A DNA stretch of 63,757 bases, counting the filler. It is 7 parts of 7 records of this genome, joined end to end, with 100 filler letters (N's around TTAATTAATTAA, not from the genome) between each part and the next. Parts side by side here need not be neighbours in the genome. Positions count along the whole stretch, not along the records: positions 46,255 to 51,612 come from SRR31156797_58160; positions 51,713 to 56,746 come from SRR31156797_58180; positions 56,847 to 63,757 come from SRR31156797_58221; 4 more parts are not named here. The stretch is one strand, 5' to 3'. The notes beneath the pieces are model-generated. The model was given only the letters and a program-made list of their open reading frames with translations, did no database searches and was not told where the DNA came from. Positions 50,145 to 59,238 of this stretch are shown piece after piece. A program made the translations under genes and the position numbers. Positions within the stretch are counted from its first letter, which is position 1; every line of letters begins with the position of its first letter.

Positions 50145-51482
50145 TCATGTCTGACCAGGGGTAGCCGGCGGATGACGGGTGACAGCGCTTGAGATGTTCC
50201 GGCAACGGGTTTCCGTGGTGCACACGGCCCCCATCACCCCGATAATACCGAAAAAGAGCATCATGAACAGTGCGTTCTGGTAGTCGGGCGGGGAGTAGAC
50301 CCGGGCGTTGTTGATCATCTTCCCGTCCCACCCCATGTCCAGAACAAAACCGAACAGGGGTTGCATCAGGCATGTGCCGATGAAAGCCCCTGTATTTACA
50401 ACGCTCACCGCCATACCGGAGAACCGGGGATGGCTCACCTCCTTGGCACAGGCAAAGGTGAGCACAAAGGAAGATCCGGCAAAACCAAGCAGGAAAAAGT
50501 AAAGGTAGATCGCGGACGAGCCGGACCAGGGAAAAGCGATCATGGCAACCCACACAAGGGCATAGACAACGGCGCCGCAGACAAGGATGGGTTTGCGCCG
50601 GCCCATGAGGTCGGACAGCCAGCCAAGGACCAGGCAGCCCACGGCAAAGGCCACCAGCATCAGGCCCAGGTAACGGGCGGCCCAGACCCGGTCAAAGTAG
50701 TACATATCCCGCAGGTAGGGGATGGCCCAGAGTCCCATGAAGGCGTAGAGGCTGCCGATCATCCCGAACTGGACCCAGAAGCCGGGCCAGAGCCTGGGAA
50801 CCGTGACAACCCCCATGAGCTCCCGGATCCAGTGCTGCTTTCTGCGTTCCATGGACCGCCATCCATCCCTCTCCCGCATGGAAGGAAATCCCGCATCCTC
50901 GGGCCGGTTCCGGACAAATAAGAACCCTGCACCGGCAAGGGCGAGGGAGACACCCCCCAGGGTGACAAACACCGACCGCCACACAAAAAGATCCAGCAGG
51001 GAAGCCAGGGGACCCGCCGCCAGCACCGATCCCATATTGCCCACAAAAAGCGTCAGCCCGCTCATGATCCCATAGCGCCGCTCGCTGAACCACATGGCAT
51101 TGCTCTTCATGATGCTTACAAACACCACGGAGACCCCCAGCCCCACAAGCACCCTGCCGCAGCTTGCCATTGTAAAGGTCTGGGCCAGGCCGAAGAGGAT
51201 GGAGCCGACCCCGGCCAGGGTGTTGCCCAGGATAATGGCGACCCGGGTGCCGAGGGTGTCCGCAAGCACCCCGGAAGGAACCTGCATCACGGCGTAGACC
51301 GCAAAATAGGTGGCGGCAAGCACCCCCAGGGCCGCCCCGTCGGCGTCAAAGGCGGCCATGAGTTCATCGGCCATGGTGCCGGGGGACATGCGGTGAAAAT
51401 AGACCAGGATGTACGACAATACGAGGATGATAAAAATGAGCCATCGTGTGAATTCAAAACGCCGGGACGAAAACTGGGTCAT
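50145..51482 (-). CDS. MFS transporter
   Basis: About 12 TM helices; G.LAD.LG.R and GWLSD.MGRRK motifs; AGGAG RBS before ATG at 51482. Confidence 0.92.
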   Translation of the reverse strand: MTQFSSRRFEFTRWLIFIILVLSYILVYFHRMSPGTMADELMAAFDADGAALGVLAATYFAVYAVMQVPSGVLADTLGTRVAIILGNTLAGVGSILFGLAQTFTMASCGRVLVGLGVSVVFVSIMKSNAMWFSERRYGIMSGLTLFVGNMGSVLAAGPLASLLDLFVWRSVFVTLGGVSLALAGAGFLFVRNRPEDAGFPSMRERDGWRSMERRKQHWIRELMGVVTVPRLWPGFWVQFGMIGSLYAFMGLWAIPYLRDMYYFDRVWAARYLGLMLVAFAVGCLVLGWLSDLMGRRKPILVCGAVVYALVWVAMIAFPWSGSSAIYLYFFLLGFAGSSFVLTFACAKEVSHPRFSGMAVSVVNTGAFIGTCLMQPLFGFVLDMGWDGKMINNARVYSPPDYQNALFMMLFFGIIGVMGAVCTTETRCRNISSAVTRHPPATPGQT

Positions 51483-51612
51483 GCAACGATCTCCTGCTTG
51501 TTTTTTAACAGCTGTTCCATACACATGGGTGTTATCAAATACCATATCACCCCATTGGGAGCAACCGCCGCAGACAGATTCATTAGGGTAAACGCATGTA
51601 AATCTGGCAGGA

Positions 51613-51712
51613 NNNNNNNNNNNNNNNNNNNNNNNNNNNNNNNNNNNNNNNNNNNNTTAATTAATTAANNNNNNNNNNNNNNNNNNNNNNNNNNNNNNNN
51701 NNNNNNNNNNNN
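51613..51712. other. Artificial contig spacer
   Basis: N run with TTAATTAATTAA. Confidence 0.98.
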
Positions 51713-51831
51713 TAAACCGCTCCGGTCAAATTTTTTACAACAACCTTATCGCTCGGCAACCTTAGTTGTTTTACCTAAGATCTGTACTGCAAATAGGATT
51801 TAATCATTTTAAACGGACGAATACCAAACGA

Positions 51832-51847
51832 TGGCACCGGAATTGCT
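51832..51847 (+). promoter_or_regulatory. Sigma-54 (-24/-12) promoter of the methylamine operon
   Basis: TGGCAC-CGGAA-TTGCT is an exact match to TGGCAC-N5-TTGCW, oriented toward the operon. Confidence 0.85.
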
Positions 51848-51899
51848 AATTGCTGTTTCGCATTACCATTTCTGTTGCGATGAATACGACATGCGACCG

Positions 51900-52060
51900 T
51901 AGGGTTCGCGCAAGAATAAATACGTAGATTGTCAGCGTTCAGGCGCCTGCTCGGCAAGGCGTGAAAACAAGGGAATACAGGTGTATCCCGTGTTTTCGTA
52001 ACGCAGCTGAGCGGGATGAATCGACGCTGAAAATATGAAATTAATTTTGCGCGAGCCCTA
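51900..52060. mobile_element. 161-nt palindromic MITE/ERIC-like element in the operon leader
   Basis: Terminal IR TAGGGTTCGCGCAAGA / TTTTGCGCGAGCCCTA plus nested stems TCAGCGT/ACGCTGA, CCTGCTCGGC/GCTGAGCGGG, GAAAACA/TGTTTTC and GGGA.TACA/TGTATCCC. Confidence 0.65.
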
Positions 52061-52095
52061 AGTACTGAGAAGAAATAAAAATCAGGAGAAAAACG

Positions 52096-53112
52096 ATGAT
52101 GACCCCCAAAGAAAGAGTGATGGCAGTTTTCCAACATGAAAGTCCAGACCGTATTCCCTGCTTCGGGGCCAACTCCACGGTCAACTATGCCCAAATGGAA
52201 TCGGTTCAGGCTTTCTGGCCCGAAGGCCATGAAAAGGGGGACGTGATGTTCAAACAGGCCCTCGCATCTCATACGGTAGTGGGCTTCGATGCGGTCCGGG
52301 TTCCCTTTTGTCAGACGATGGAGGCTGAAGCCCTGGGTTGCAAAATTAAACCCGGAAAAGGTGTGGACGGCCTTCAAGGGATCCCCGGCATCGACCACCC
52401 GCCTCCATACAAACTGGATGACGACATTGAATTTCCGGGCGACTTTCTCGAAAGAGGCCGTATTCCCGAATTGCTCAAGGCCGTGCGCATGCTCAAGGAG
52501 GAACTCGGCGACGATGTGCCCATCGTGAGCGGGATCATCGGCCCATTCACCATTGCAGGATCCATGCTCGATTCTGTGCCCATACTCAAAGCGTCCTTGA
52601 AGAATCCGGAAAGCCTCCGCCCCTTTCTCGATGTCGCGGAAAAAGCAGGGACCACCCTTGCCAAGGCGCTCATCGAAGCCGGGGCGGATATCATCTCTTG
52701 CGAGGATATGACCGCTTCCCCCCTGATGATTGCCCCCAAAACCTACCGTGACTATGAGTTGGAGTACCAGAAGCGACAGTTTGACGCCATCGACGCGCCC
52801 AAAATCCTGCATATCTGCGGCGATGTGTCCAAAATCATCGAATGGATGGGAGAGACCGGTGCGGATGCCATCAGCCTGGAGCCGAAAACGAACCCGAAAC
52901 TGGCCAGGGAAAAATGCGGACCGGACACGATTCTCATGGGTGGTGTGGACACGGCCACGACATTGTTCATGGGATCCGTAGCTGACGTAAAAAAAGCATG
53001 TGAAGAATCCATCGCCAACGGGATCCAGATTCTCGCTCCGGGATGTGCGGTGGGACCGGGAACCCCCATGGAAAATCTGCTGGCCATGGTCGAAGTGGCT
53101 AAAAACCATTAA
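52096..53112 (+). CDS. MtaA/MtbA/CmuA-family methylcobamide:thiol methyltransferase (URO-D fold)
   Basis: PFC.T.EAEALG, GPFT.A and Zn ligands LHICG...APGC. Confidence 0.88.
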   Translation: MMTPKERVMAVFQHESPDRIPCFGANSTVNYAQMESVQAFWPEGHEKGDVMFKQALASHTVVGFDAVRVPFCQTMEAEALGCKIKPGKGVDGLQGIPGIDHPPPYKLDDDIEFPGDFLERGRIPELLKAVRMLKEELGDDVPIVSGIIGPFTIAGSMLDSVPILKASLKNPESLRPFLDVAEKAGTTLAKALIEAGADIISCEDMTASPLMIAPKTYRDYELEYQKRQFDAIDAPKILHICGDVSKIIEWMGETGADAISLEPKTNPKLAREKCGPDTILMGGVDTATTLFMGSVADVKKACEESIANGIQILAPGCAVGPGTPMENLLAMVEVAKNH

Positions 53113-53121
53113 AGGATCGTC

Positions 53122-54819
53122 ATGAGCAGATTCGGAATTGCGATCGACCTGGGTACATCCGGATTCCGGGCCCAAGCAATGGATCTCGACCGAGACACCG
53201 TTCTCGCAACGGCCGTCACGGCCCGGCATCCTCTGCCCGGTGCCAATGTGATGGACCACCTCCATTTTGCCATCGAGGCCGGAACCCAAACCGCTCACGA
53301 AGTCGTTATCCAGGCGGTCAACCGTCTCATCAAAGAGCTGGGCGTACCGGTAGACCAAATCGTCCGGCTGGCCGTTTGCGGCAACCCCATTCAGGTCTCC
53401 CTTTTTCAGGAGATCGAAATCCGAGACCTGGCCTATGCCGGTGAACGTAAGCGAAAAGCTCTGGGTATCGTCGAACCCGAAAGGAACGCCGCCATCATTC
53501 CCGCCGGAGAAATTCGCGGTCTTTTGCTTCCGGAGGATGCGGAAGTACTGATCCCGCCGGCGGTCCGGCACGAAATCGGCGCTGATGCCCTGGCCATGAT
53601 GATCAAGACCGATATCCTCCAAAAGGAAGAGCCCACCATTGTCACGGACTACGGCACCAATGCCGAAATGGCCCTGGTGGTGAACGGCACGGTCTACACC
53701 GGCTCAACAGCCGCCGGCCCTGCACTGGAAGGCCAGCAGATCTCCAACGGGATGCTGGCACTGCCCGGTGCCATCAGCGATGTAACGTTCAACGGCAATA
53801 AGCTTCAGACACAGGTGTTGGGCGAAAACATGGCCCCCCTGGAAGGCGCCGTGGTCGACCCGCAAAACGGCCGGATTTTCCGACGGGGAGGGGCGGCAAA
53901 AGGAATCACCGGGACCGGCGTTATCGCTCTGATTGCCGAAGCGATGCGAACGGACATAATCCACCTACCCAAAATCCATTGTGCGGACAACGCCTTTCAT
54001 CTTCCGGACGGCCTGGTATTTACGGAAAAGGATCTTACCGAAGCCGGTAAAGCCATCGGCGCCATTCGCGCCGGGCACATTTCCCTTTGCAAAGCCGCCG
54101 GTATCAAAATGGAAGAGATCTGTGCAGCCTACATGGCCGGCGCCTCAGGCACCTACGTGGACGCCGTCAAGGCACGGGATATCGGTCTGGTTCCCGCACT
54201 GGCGGATAAGGTCTACCAGGTGGGCAATACCTCGCTGGCCATGGCCTGCGACATGGTGAAAGAACCGGACGAACTCTGGCGTCTCGAGGCACTGTCCGAA
54301 GAGCTGCGACAGCACCACTGCATGTTCGCCACTTCGGATGCATTCGAAAAGGCCTACATTCTGGAGCTCTCCTACTGGACTGAAGGAATGCCCATGGATC
54401 AATTCCGTGTGTTTCTGCGTCAGTTCCATCTCCCGGACCTTCCGCAACCCGAAACACTGCCCGAAGTAATACGAACTTCGGCCCAGGATATCGCCGAATG
54501 GGGTGTGCGGGGGCTTTCTATCATCGACACTGTGGATGAGAAAAAAAACGCGCTGTTTGCCGGGTGCACAGCCTGCCAAGCATGCGTTGAGGAATGTCCG
54601 GAGACGGCGCTTCGCATCAAAAACACGCAGGAAAATCCACAATTCTCCCTGGATCTTTCACGATGCAACGGGCTGGCCTGTCTTCGTTGCGAGCAAGTCT
54701 GCCCGGAAAACGTATTCGACTACAAAAAAATCGTTTTACAGGGTTCTTCAACGGACACTGTGATGGTGCCGCCGCAACGGTGCGACGGCAACGTAAGCAA
54801 CTCACTTGAAAGGAGGTGA
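53122..54819 (+). CDS. ramA: Methylamine corrinoid protein reductive activase (RamA-type ASKHA ATPase, C-terminal 2x[4Fe-4S])
   Basis: DLGTSGFRAQ, RHPLPGANVMDHL, HEIGADALA, TDYGTNAEMAL, AAGPALEG; CTACQACVEECP and CNGLACLRCEQVCP. Confidence 0.9.
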   Translation: MSRFGIAIDLGTSGFRAQAMDLDRDTVLATAVTARHPLPGANVMDHLHFAIEAGTQTAHEVVIQAVNRLIKELGVPVDQIVRLAVCGNPIQVSLFQEIEIRDLAYAGERKRKALGIVEPERNAAIIPAGEIRGLLLPEDAEVLIPPAVRHEIGADALAMMIKTDILQKEEPTIVTDYGTNAEMALVVNGTVYTGSTAAGPALEGQQISNGMLALPGAISDVTFNGNKLQTQVLGENMAPLEGAVVDPQNGRIFRRGGAAKGITGTGVIALIAEAMRTDIIHLPKIHCADNAFHLPDGLVFTEKDLTEAGKAIGAIRAGHISLCKAAGIKMEEICAAYMAGASGTYVDAVKARDIGLVPALADKVYQVGNTSLAMACDMVKEPDELWRLEALSEELRQHHCMFATSDAFEKAYILELSYWTEGMPMDQFRVFLRQFHLPDLPQPETLPEVIRTSAQDIAEWGVRGLSIIDTVDEKKNALFAGCTACQACVEECPETALRIKNTQENPQFSLDLSRCNGLACLRCEQVCPENVFDYKKIVLQGSSTDTVMVPPQRCDGNVSNSLERR

Positions 54820-54823
54820 ATGG

Positions 54824-55468
54824 ATGGATAAATCAGAATGGTTTGAAAAAGCCGTGGAGAGCATCATGGCCGCGGATGAGGAAACCGCCGTGCAAGTGGC
54901 TCAAGACGCCCTCGCCGAGGGTATTGATCCGCTTGAAATGATCAACAGTGGTTTTTCCGAGGGCATTCGGAAGCTGGGCGACCTCTTCGATACAGGGCAG
55001 GTTTTTTTGCCCACCCTGATCATCGCATCCGAGGCCATGGTCAAAGCCGTGAAGATTCTGGAGGAAGCGCTTCCCCAGTCAGAACAGCCCAAGTCCATGG
55101 GAAAGGTCGTTATTGGAACCATTGAAGGCGATGTCCACGACATCGGCAAGGGCATTGTCGTTACAATGCTTAAGGTTTACGGATTCGAAGTTCACGATCT
55201 GGGAAGAGATGTGCCTGTGCAGGAATTCGTCGACAAGGTCATCGAAATCGACGCTGATTTTGTGGGCTCATCCGCCCTGATGACGACCACCCAAGCGGGG
55301 CAAAAGAAACTTGAAGAGGCCCTCGTTGAGGCTGGTATTCGTGACAAGGTAAAAACGATGGTCGGTGGCGCCGTGGCTACGCAAAGTTGGGCCGATAAAA
55401 TCGGTGCAGATATTTATGCGGAGACCGCAAGTGATGCCGTCATGAAACTCAAAGAAATGGTAAGTTGA
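54824..55468 (+). CDS. mtbC: Methylamine-specific corrinoid protein
   Basis: Cap domain plus GDVHDIGK B12 motif, SALMTTT, MVGGA; directly upstream of mtbB. Confidence 0.85.
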   Translation: MDKSEWFEKAVESIMAADEETAVQVAQDALAEGIDPLEMINSGFSEGIRKLGDLFDTGQVFLPTLIIASEAMVKAVKILEEALPQSEQPKSMGKVVIGTIEGDVHDIGKGIVVTMLKVYGFEVHDLGRDVPVQEFVDKVIEIDADFVGSSALMTTTQAGQKKLEEALVEAGIRDKVKTMVGGAVATQSWADKIGADIYAETASDAVMKLKEMVS

Positions 55469-55482
55469 GAGGAAATGATGCA

Positions 55483-56746
55483 ATGACCAAGTATTTAACA
55501 CGACGCGGTGACGGCGCATTGATCGAAATGACGGCGGACGAACTCCGTTCGGAAATCGACGCAGGGACTGCCGATGCCGCTGAAATCGGAAAGATACCGG
55601 CACTGTCGGAAGACGATATATCCATGCTGATGGACATCTTCATGGATAAAAACCGTTTCGTCAGTGTCGAACCGGGCAATGAAGTGCCTTTGAGCCACGA
55701 CATCGGTCCATTGCGGCTCATGGGGGATCAGGGGAACAGCGGGGTCGGCATACCGCTGTCCCGGCTCCACGGAATCCAGGTGCACGAACGGGCCTTTTGT
55801 TCGGACACCATGGAACTGGGTCACATCGACTACAGTTTCAAGCCGGTCAAACCGGTGATCGCCATGGAAACCCAGGAGATGGAAAACGCCCTTCTCGCTA
55901 CGGTCCTGCCCTTGTACTACGGCGCCATGCCCAATCTGGGGACCTACTATAAGCCCGACGGACCCTTCGGGAACCCGTCGGACCTTCTCCCAATGGGAAA
56001 GGTGAAGGAAGCCTGGGAAGCGCAGGAAGAGGCTGTGACGCACGCCACACGGGACATGGTCTACATCTGCGAGGCCATGGATCAAGTGGGAGCGGACGGC
56101 ATCAACTTCGACACGACCGGTGCTGCCGGAGACACGGACTTTCTGGCAACACTCAACACAGTTGAGAAGATTAAACAAACGACCAATCTCAGCGTGGAAG
56201 TCGGCATGGCCGGTGAATTCGTTCTGGGCATGCACGGCAACCTGACCTACGATGGACAGCGTCTCGCTGGGCTGTTCTGCCATGACCAGGTCAAATTGGT
56301 AGAGAAGGCCGGGGCCGATATTTTCGGGCCGGTGGTCAACACCAAGCCAGGCAAGTCCATGCCCTGGAACCTGGCCCGGGCGGTGACCTTCGTCAAGGCC
56401 TGCGTTGAGGCTTCAACCATACCGTGTCACGTAAACATGGGAATGGGTGTCGGCGGAACGCCGGTATTCGAGACCCCGCCCATCGATTCGGTATCGAGAG
56501 CTTCGAAGGCCATGGTGGAAATCGCGAAAGTTGACGGGTTGTAGATCGGCGTGGGAGACCCCATGGGAATGCCGATCGCACACAGCGTGGCAGCGGGTAT
56601 TGGTGGAATAAGGACCGCCGGAGATCTGGTGGCCCGCATGCAAATGAACCGCAAGATGCGGATTGCAGAAGCCAAAGCCTATGTCGCAGAAAAGCTGGGT
56701 GTCACACCGGCCGACCTGTCCAATGTACATGTCATGCGCGAGGTCC
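55483..56746 (+). CDS. mtbB: Dimethylamine:corrinoid methyltransferase with pyrrolysine at TAG 56542-56544 (codon 354); 3' truncated
   Basis: MtbB motifs [40 protein letters not shown]; frame continues through TAG as [18 protein letters not shown]...[11 protein letters not shown]. Confidence 0.95.
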
Positions 56747-56846
56747 NNNNNNNNNNNNNNNNNNNNNNNNNNNNNNNNNNNNNNNNNNNNTTAATTAATT
56801 AANNNNNNNNNNNNNNNNNNNNNNNNNNNNNNNNNNNNNNNNNNNN
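56747..56846. other. Artificial contig spacer
   Basis: N run with TTAATTAATTAA. Confidence 0.98.
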
Positions 56847-56879
56847 TAATTAGCGGCAACAGATACAGAAACAAACGAC

Positions 56880-58283
56880 CTATTCACCCGGAAACACAGC
56901 CTGAAAACCGGCGAAATCGACCATGTCAACATCGGCATCCTGATCAAGATCGAAGCACTCACACCCGACAGGCATGCCAGAACCCGGTCCTGTCATGCAT
57001 TGATCGAACTGCGAATAATCCTCAACATCCACGACGCCATTACCATCGCAATCGCATCGACCTCTCTCGAATGCTCCAATATCCACAACAGAGGAAGCAT
57101 CGTAGTCGCCATCGATGATCCGCGACCTGCCGTCATTATCAGTCAGAAGATCACCAGGAACACCTTCATTCAATCCTGCATCAACGCAAGGCGAAGCAAA
57201 CTCCAGCCGGAAGTTATCATCGGATGTGCCCGCAACATCATCTTCCCCATCAGGATCAACAAACAGCGGATCGACATCAATATTGTCACCAACACCAGCG
57301 TACGCTTCGATATTATTTCCGTGGGTATAGTAATCTTTCGCGAAAATGACTTCCGAGTACATGTACACTGTATCCGGATCATTATCCCGAACAATATTGT
57401 TGGACAGCACCGGTTTCGAAAGGAAGTTCAGTACGGCACAGCTTTCGATATACGGGTTTTCCAGATTATGAATACGATTCCTCACGATCGTATTATTCGC
57501 AATAATCGGATAACTGTAAGCACAGTAGATTGCACTGCCATTACCAAAGACATGGTTATCCACAATCAGATTACCAATGATCCGGGGATTCGCATGGCGA
57601 TACAGGAAAATCGCACCACCATAATCCGCAACGTTGTTGCGGAAAACGCAATGATCGACAGTCAGTCCGGCAGTATCGATGACCGACACCGCTCCACCAC
57701 CATAGGGATAATCGCTTGCCCTGGTATCTATTGCTTTGCTGTACTCGAGAATGCACCAGGACAGACGGGAAGGCGCATTGGTCGCCTCAGTATTCTCAAA
57801 TCGAATCCCGTTCCAGCAACCACTGAGAGATGAATCGACCAAAAAATCCTGCGGTTCATCCGTGGTAAAGCGAATCCGCTCGCCAGGCGTCCCGACTGCC
57901 AGCAGCGTCCCGTCAACAGTTAGCGAATAATAGTCCTTGAACTCAACGATCGAACCAGGAGCAATGGTCAGCGTAACATCCTTCTCCACGGAAACATCCC
58001 CGACGACAAGCACCGTATCCGCATCCCATGTCGTATCTGCGGAAATACTGCCCGAGACTTCCAGAACCTCAGAACGATCCCCGAGACGACTGCGTTCAGA
58101 GAAGACCAAATGCTCTTGCGAATCAACTCTTCCAGAAGAAAACGTCTGACACCCATACCCCTCGGCCGGCGATCCCGGCTGAAGACGATAATCCCCATTG
58201 TCCGGATCCACCAGTTCCGGATCGATCCCCGTCACATTGTTAAAAGACGCCGAACCGGCGCTTGCCCAGGCAAAAGGGGCCAC
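56880..58283 (-). CDS. Right-handed beta-helix protein with C-terminal dockerin/EF-hand-like repeats; probably the C-terminal part of a read-through gene starting at 58955
   Basis: GGAV/GGAI and N.I..N repeats, DPLFVD...DFRL...SPCVDAG...DIGAFE, DCDGNGVVD and DLDQDADVD..DF; no signal peptide or RBS of its own. Confidence 0.8.
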   Translation of the reverse strand: MAPFAWASAGSASFNNVTGIDPELVDPDNGDYRLQPGSPAEGYGCQTFSSGRVDSQEHLVFSERSRLGDRSEVLEVSGSISADTTWDADTVLVVGDVSVEKDVTLTIAPGSIVEFKDYYSLTVDGTLLAVGTPGERIRFTTDEPQDFLVDSSLSGCWNGIRFENTEATNAPSRLSWCILEYSKAIDTRASDYPYGGGAVSVIDTAGLTVDHCVFRNNVADYGGAIFLYRHANPRIIGNLIVDNHVFGNGSAIYCAYSYPIIANNTIVRNRIHNLENPYIESCAVLNFLSKPVLSNNIVRDNDPDTVYMYSEVIFAKDYYTHGNNIEAYAGVGDNIDVDPLFVDPDGEDDVAGTSDDNFRLEFASPCVDAGLNEGVPGDLLTDNDGRSRIIDGDYDASSVVDIGAFERGRCDCDGNGVVDVEDYSQFDQCMTGPGSGMPVGCECFDLDQDADVDMVDFAGFQAVFPGE

Positions 58284-58955
58284 TCAGCCATAGTCGCAGA
58301 GAATCGTGAAATGCTGGACCGGATCATTGTTCTTTTCCGGATCGGAATGATACGACCAGTTCGCGAACACGTCATACCGCCCACCATCCAGGCTCAGGGC
58401 AAAGTTTACCCCGGTCGGAAGCCAATCCATCGGCTCACCGCTGAGATACTGGAAGTCATCTCCCGTATCGATTGCATCGACCACGAGATTCCGCTCAAGC
58501 ACGATACCGGAACCGCAGCCGATCAGGCGAACACCATAATCGTGTGGACGATAAAACGTCACGTTTCGGACCGATCCTTGCGGAACCTGGCCGGCTCCTT
58601 CTCCATCGTACCCACGATACCGGATATTTCCGTTCAGAATCACACAATCATCTATATCCAGTTGGCCCGTACAGTACGCAATGCAGATTTCACCACCCTG
58701 CAGATCGAGGATCGCACCGTTACCAACAATCCGGACATCTTCGTTTTTGTTCTCGAAACTCGAAGTAATCCGGTTAAACGTTCCCCCCAGCCAGAGCCCG
58801 CCGGTATAGGTTACTCCCGTCTCAAGCTCAATGTACTTATCGTATCCGGAAGCTGGAGTCGCCAGGTCATACATTTCCTTCAACGAAGTGGCATATACCT
58901 GTGGGCATGCAATGAAAGAGAACCCGAGAACAATAATGAGAACTACAAACCTCAT
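58284..58955 (-). CDS. Secreted beta-strand-rich protein ending ...ILCDYG-TGA, in frame with and abutting the next ORF
   Basis: Signal peptide MRFVVLIIVLGFSFIACPQVYA; TGA at 58286-58284 is followed by 467 open codons in the same frame. Confidence 0.75.
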   Translation of the reverse strand: MRFVVLIIVLGFSFIACPQVYATSLKEMYDLATPASGYDKYIELETGVTYTGGLWLGGTFNRITSSFENKNEDVRIVGNGAILDLQGGEICIAYCTGQLDIDDCVILNGNIRYRGYDGEGAGQVPQGSVRNVTFYRPHDYGVRLIGCGSGIVLERNLVVDAIDTGDDFQYLSGEPMDWLPTGVNFALSLDGGRYDVFANWSYHSDPEKNNDPVQHFTILCDYG

Positions 58956-59238
58956 GCGTCGGAGCTCCTGGTACCGATCTGAACCTGCTCAGGATTGGTC
59001 TTTAAGCTGATTGATTCAGTGTACCAGAACCAGATATCCCATTCAATTCGATATGCCCTCTTCCAAACGTCCGTTTTTCAGTTATCCACTTGTTTTGCAC
59101 GAAAGCCTGTACACCTTCATGCCTGACAGCGCAACAGGAATCCGAACAACAATATGCAATTTTCTGCATGCCCGGGCGTTATACACATGGAGTGACAACC
59201 GAACAGTTGTCTGGAGAAGGATTGCAGGGAGACCTCAC

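Noticed and set aside
51775-53622. 615-aa minus-strand ORF
   Set aside because: Antisense shadow of the well-supported mtbA-like and ramA genes; no motifs.
56551-56802. Separate 83-aa ORF after mtbB
   Set aside because: It is the in-frame C-terminal continuation of MtbB past the Pyl codon and runs into the N spacer.
56746-58955. Functional link between the Pyl operon and the UGA-containing gene (dual recoding locus)
   Set aside because: They are on different contigs separated by an artificial spacer and appear to come from different phyla.
59011-59238. 76-aa N-terminal extension of DAHP synthase in the ORF track
   Set aside because: A better RBS and a family-like start lie at GTG 59239; the upstream part is probably the divergent promoter region.
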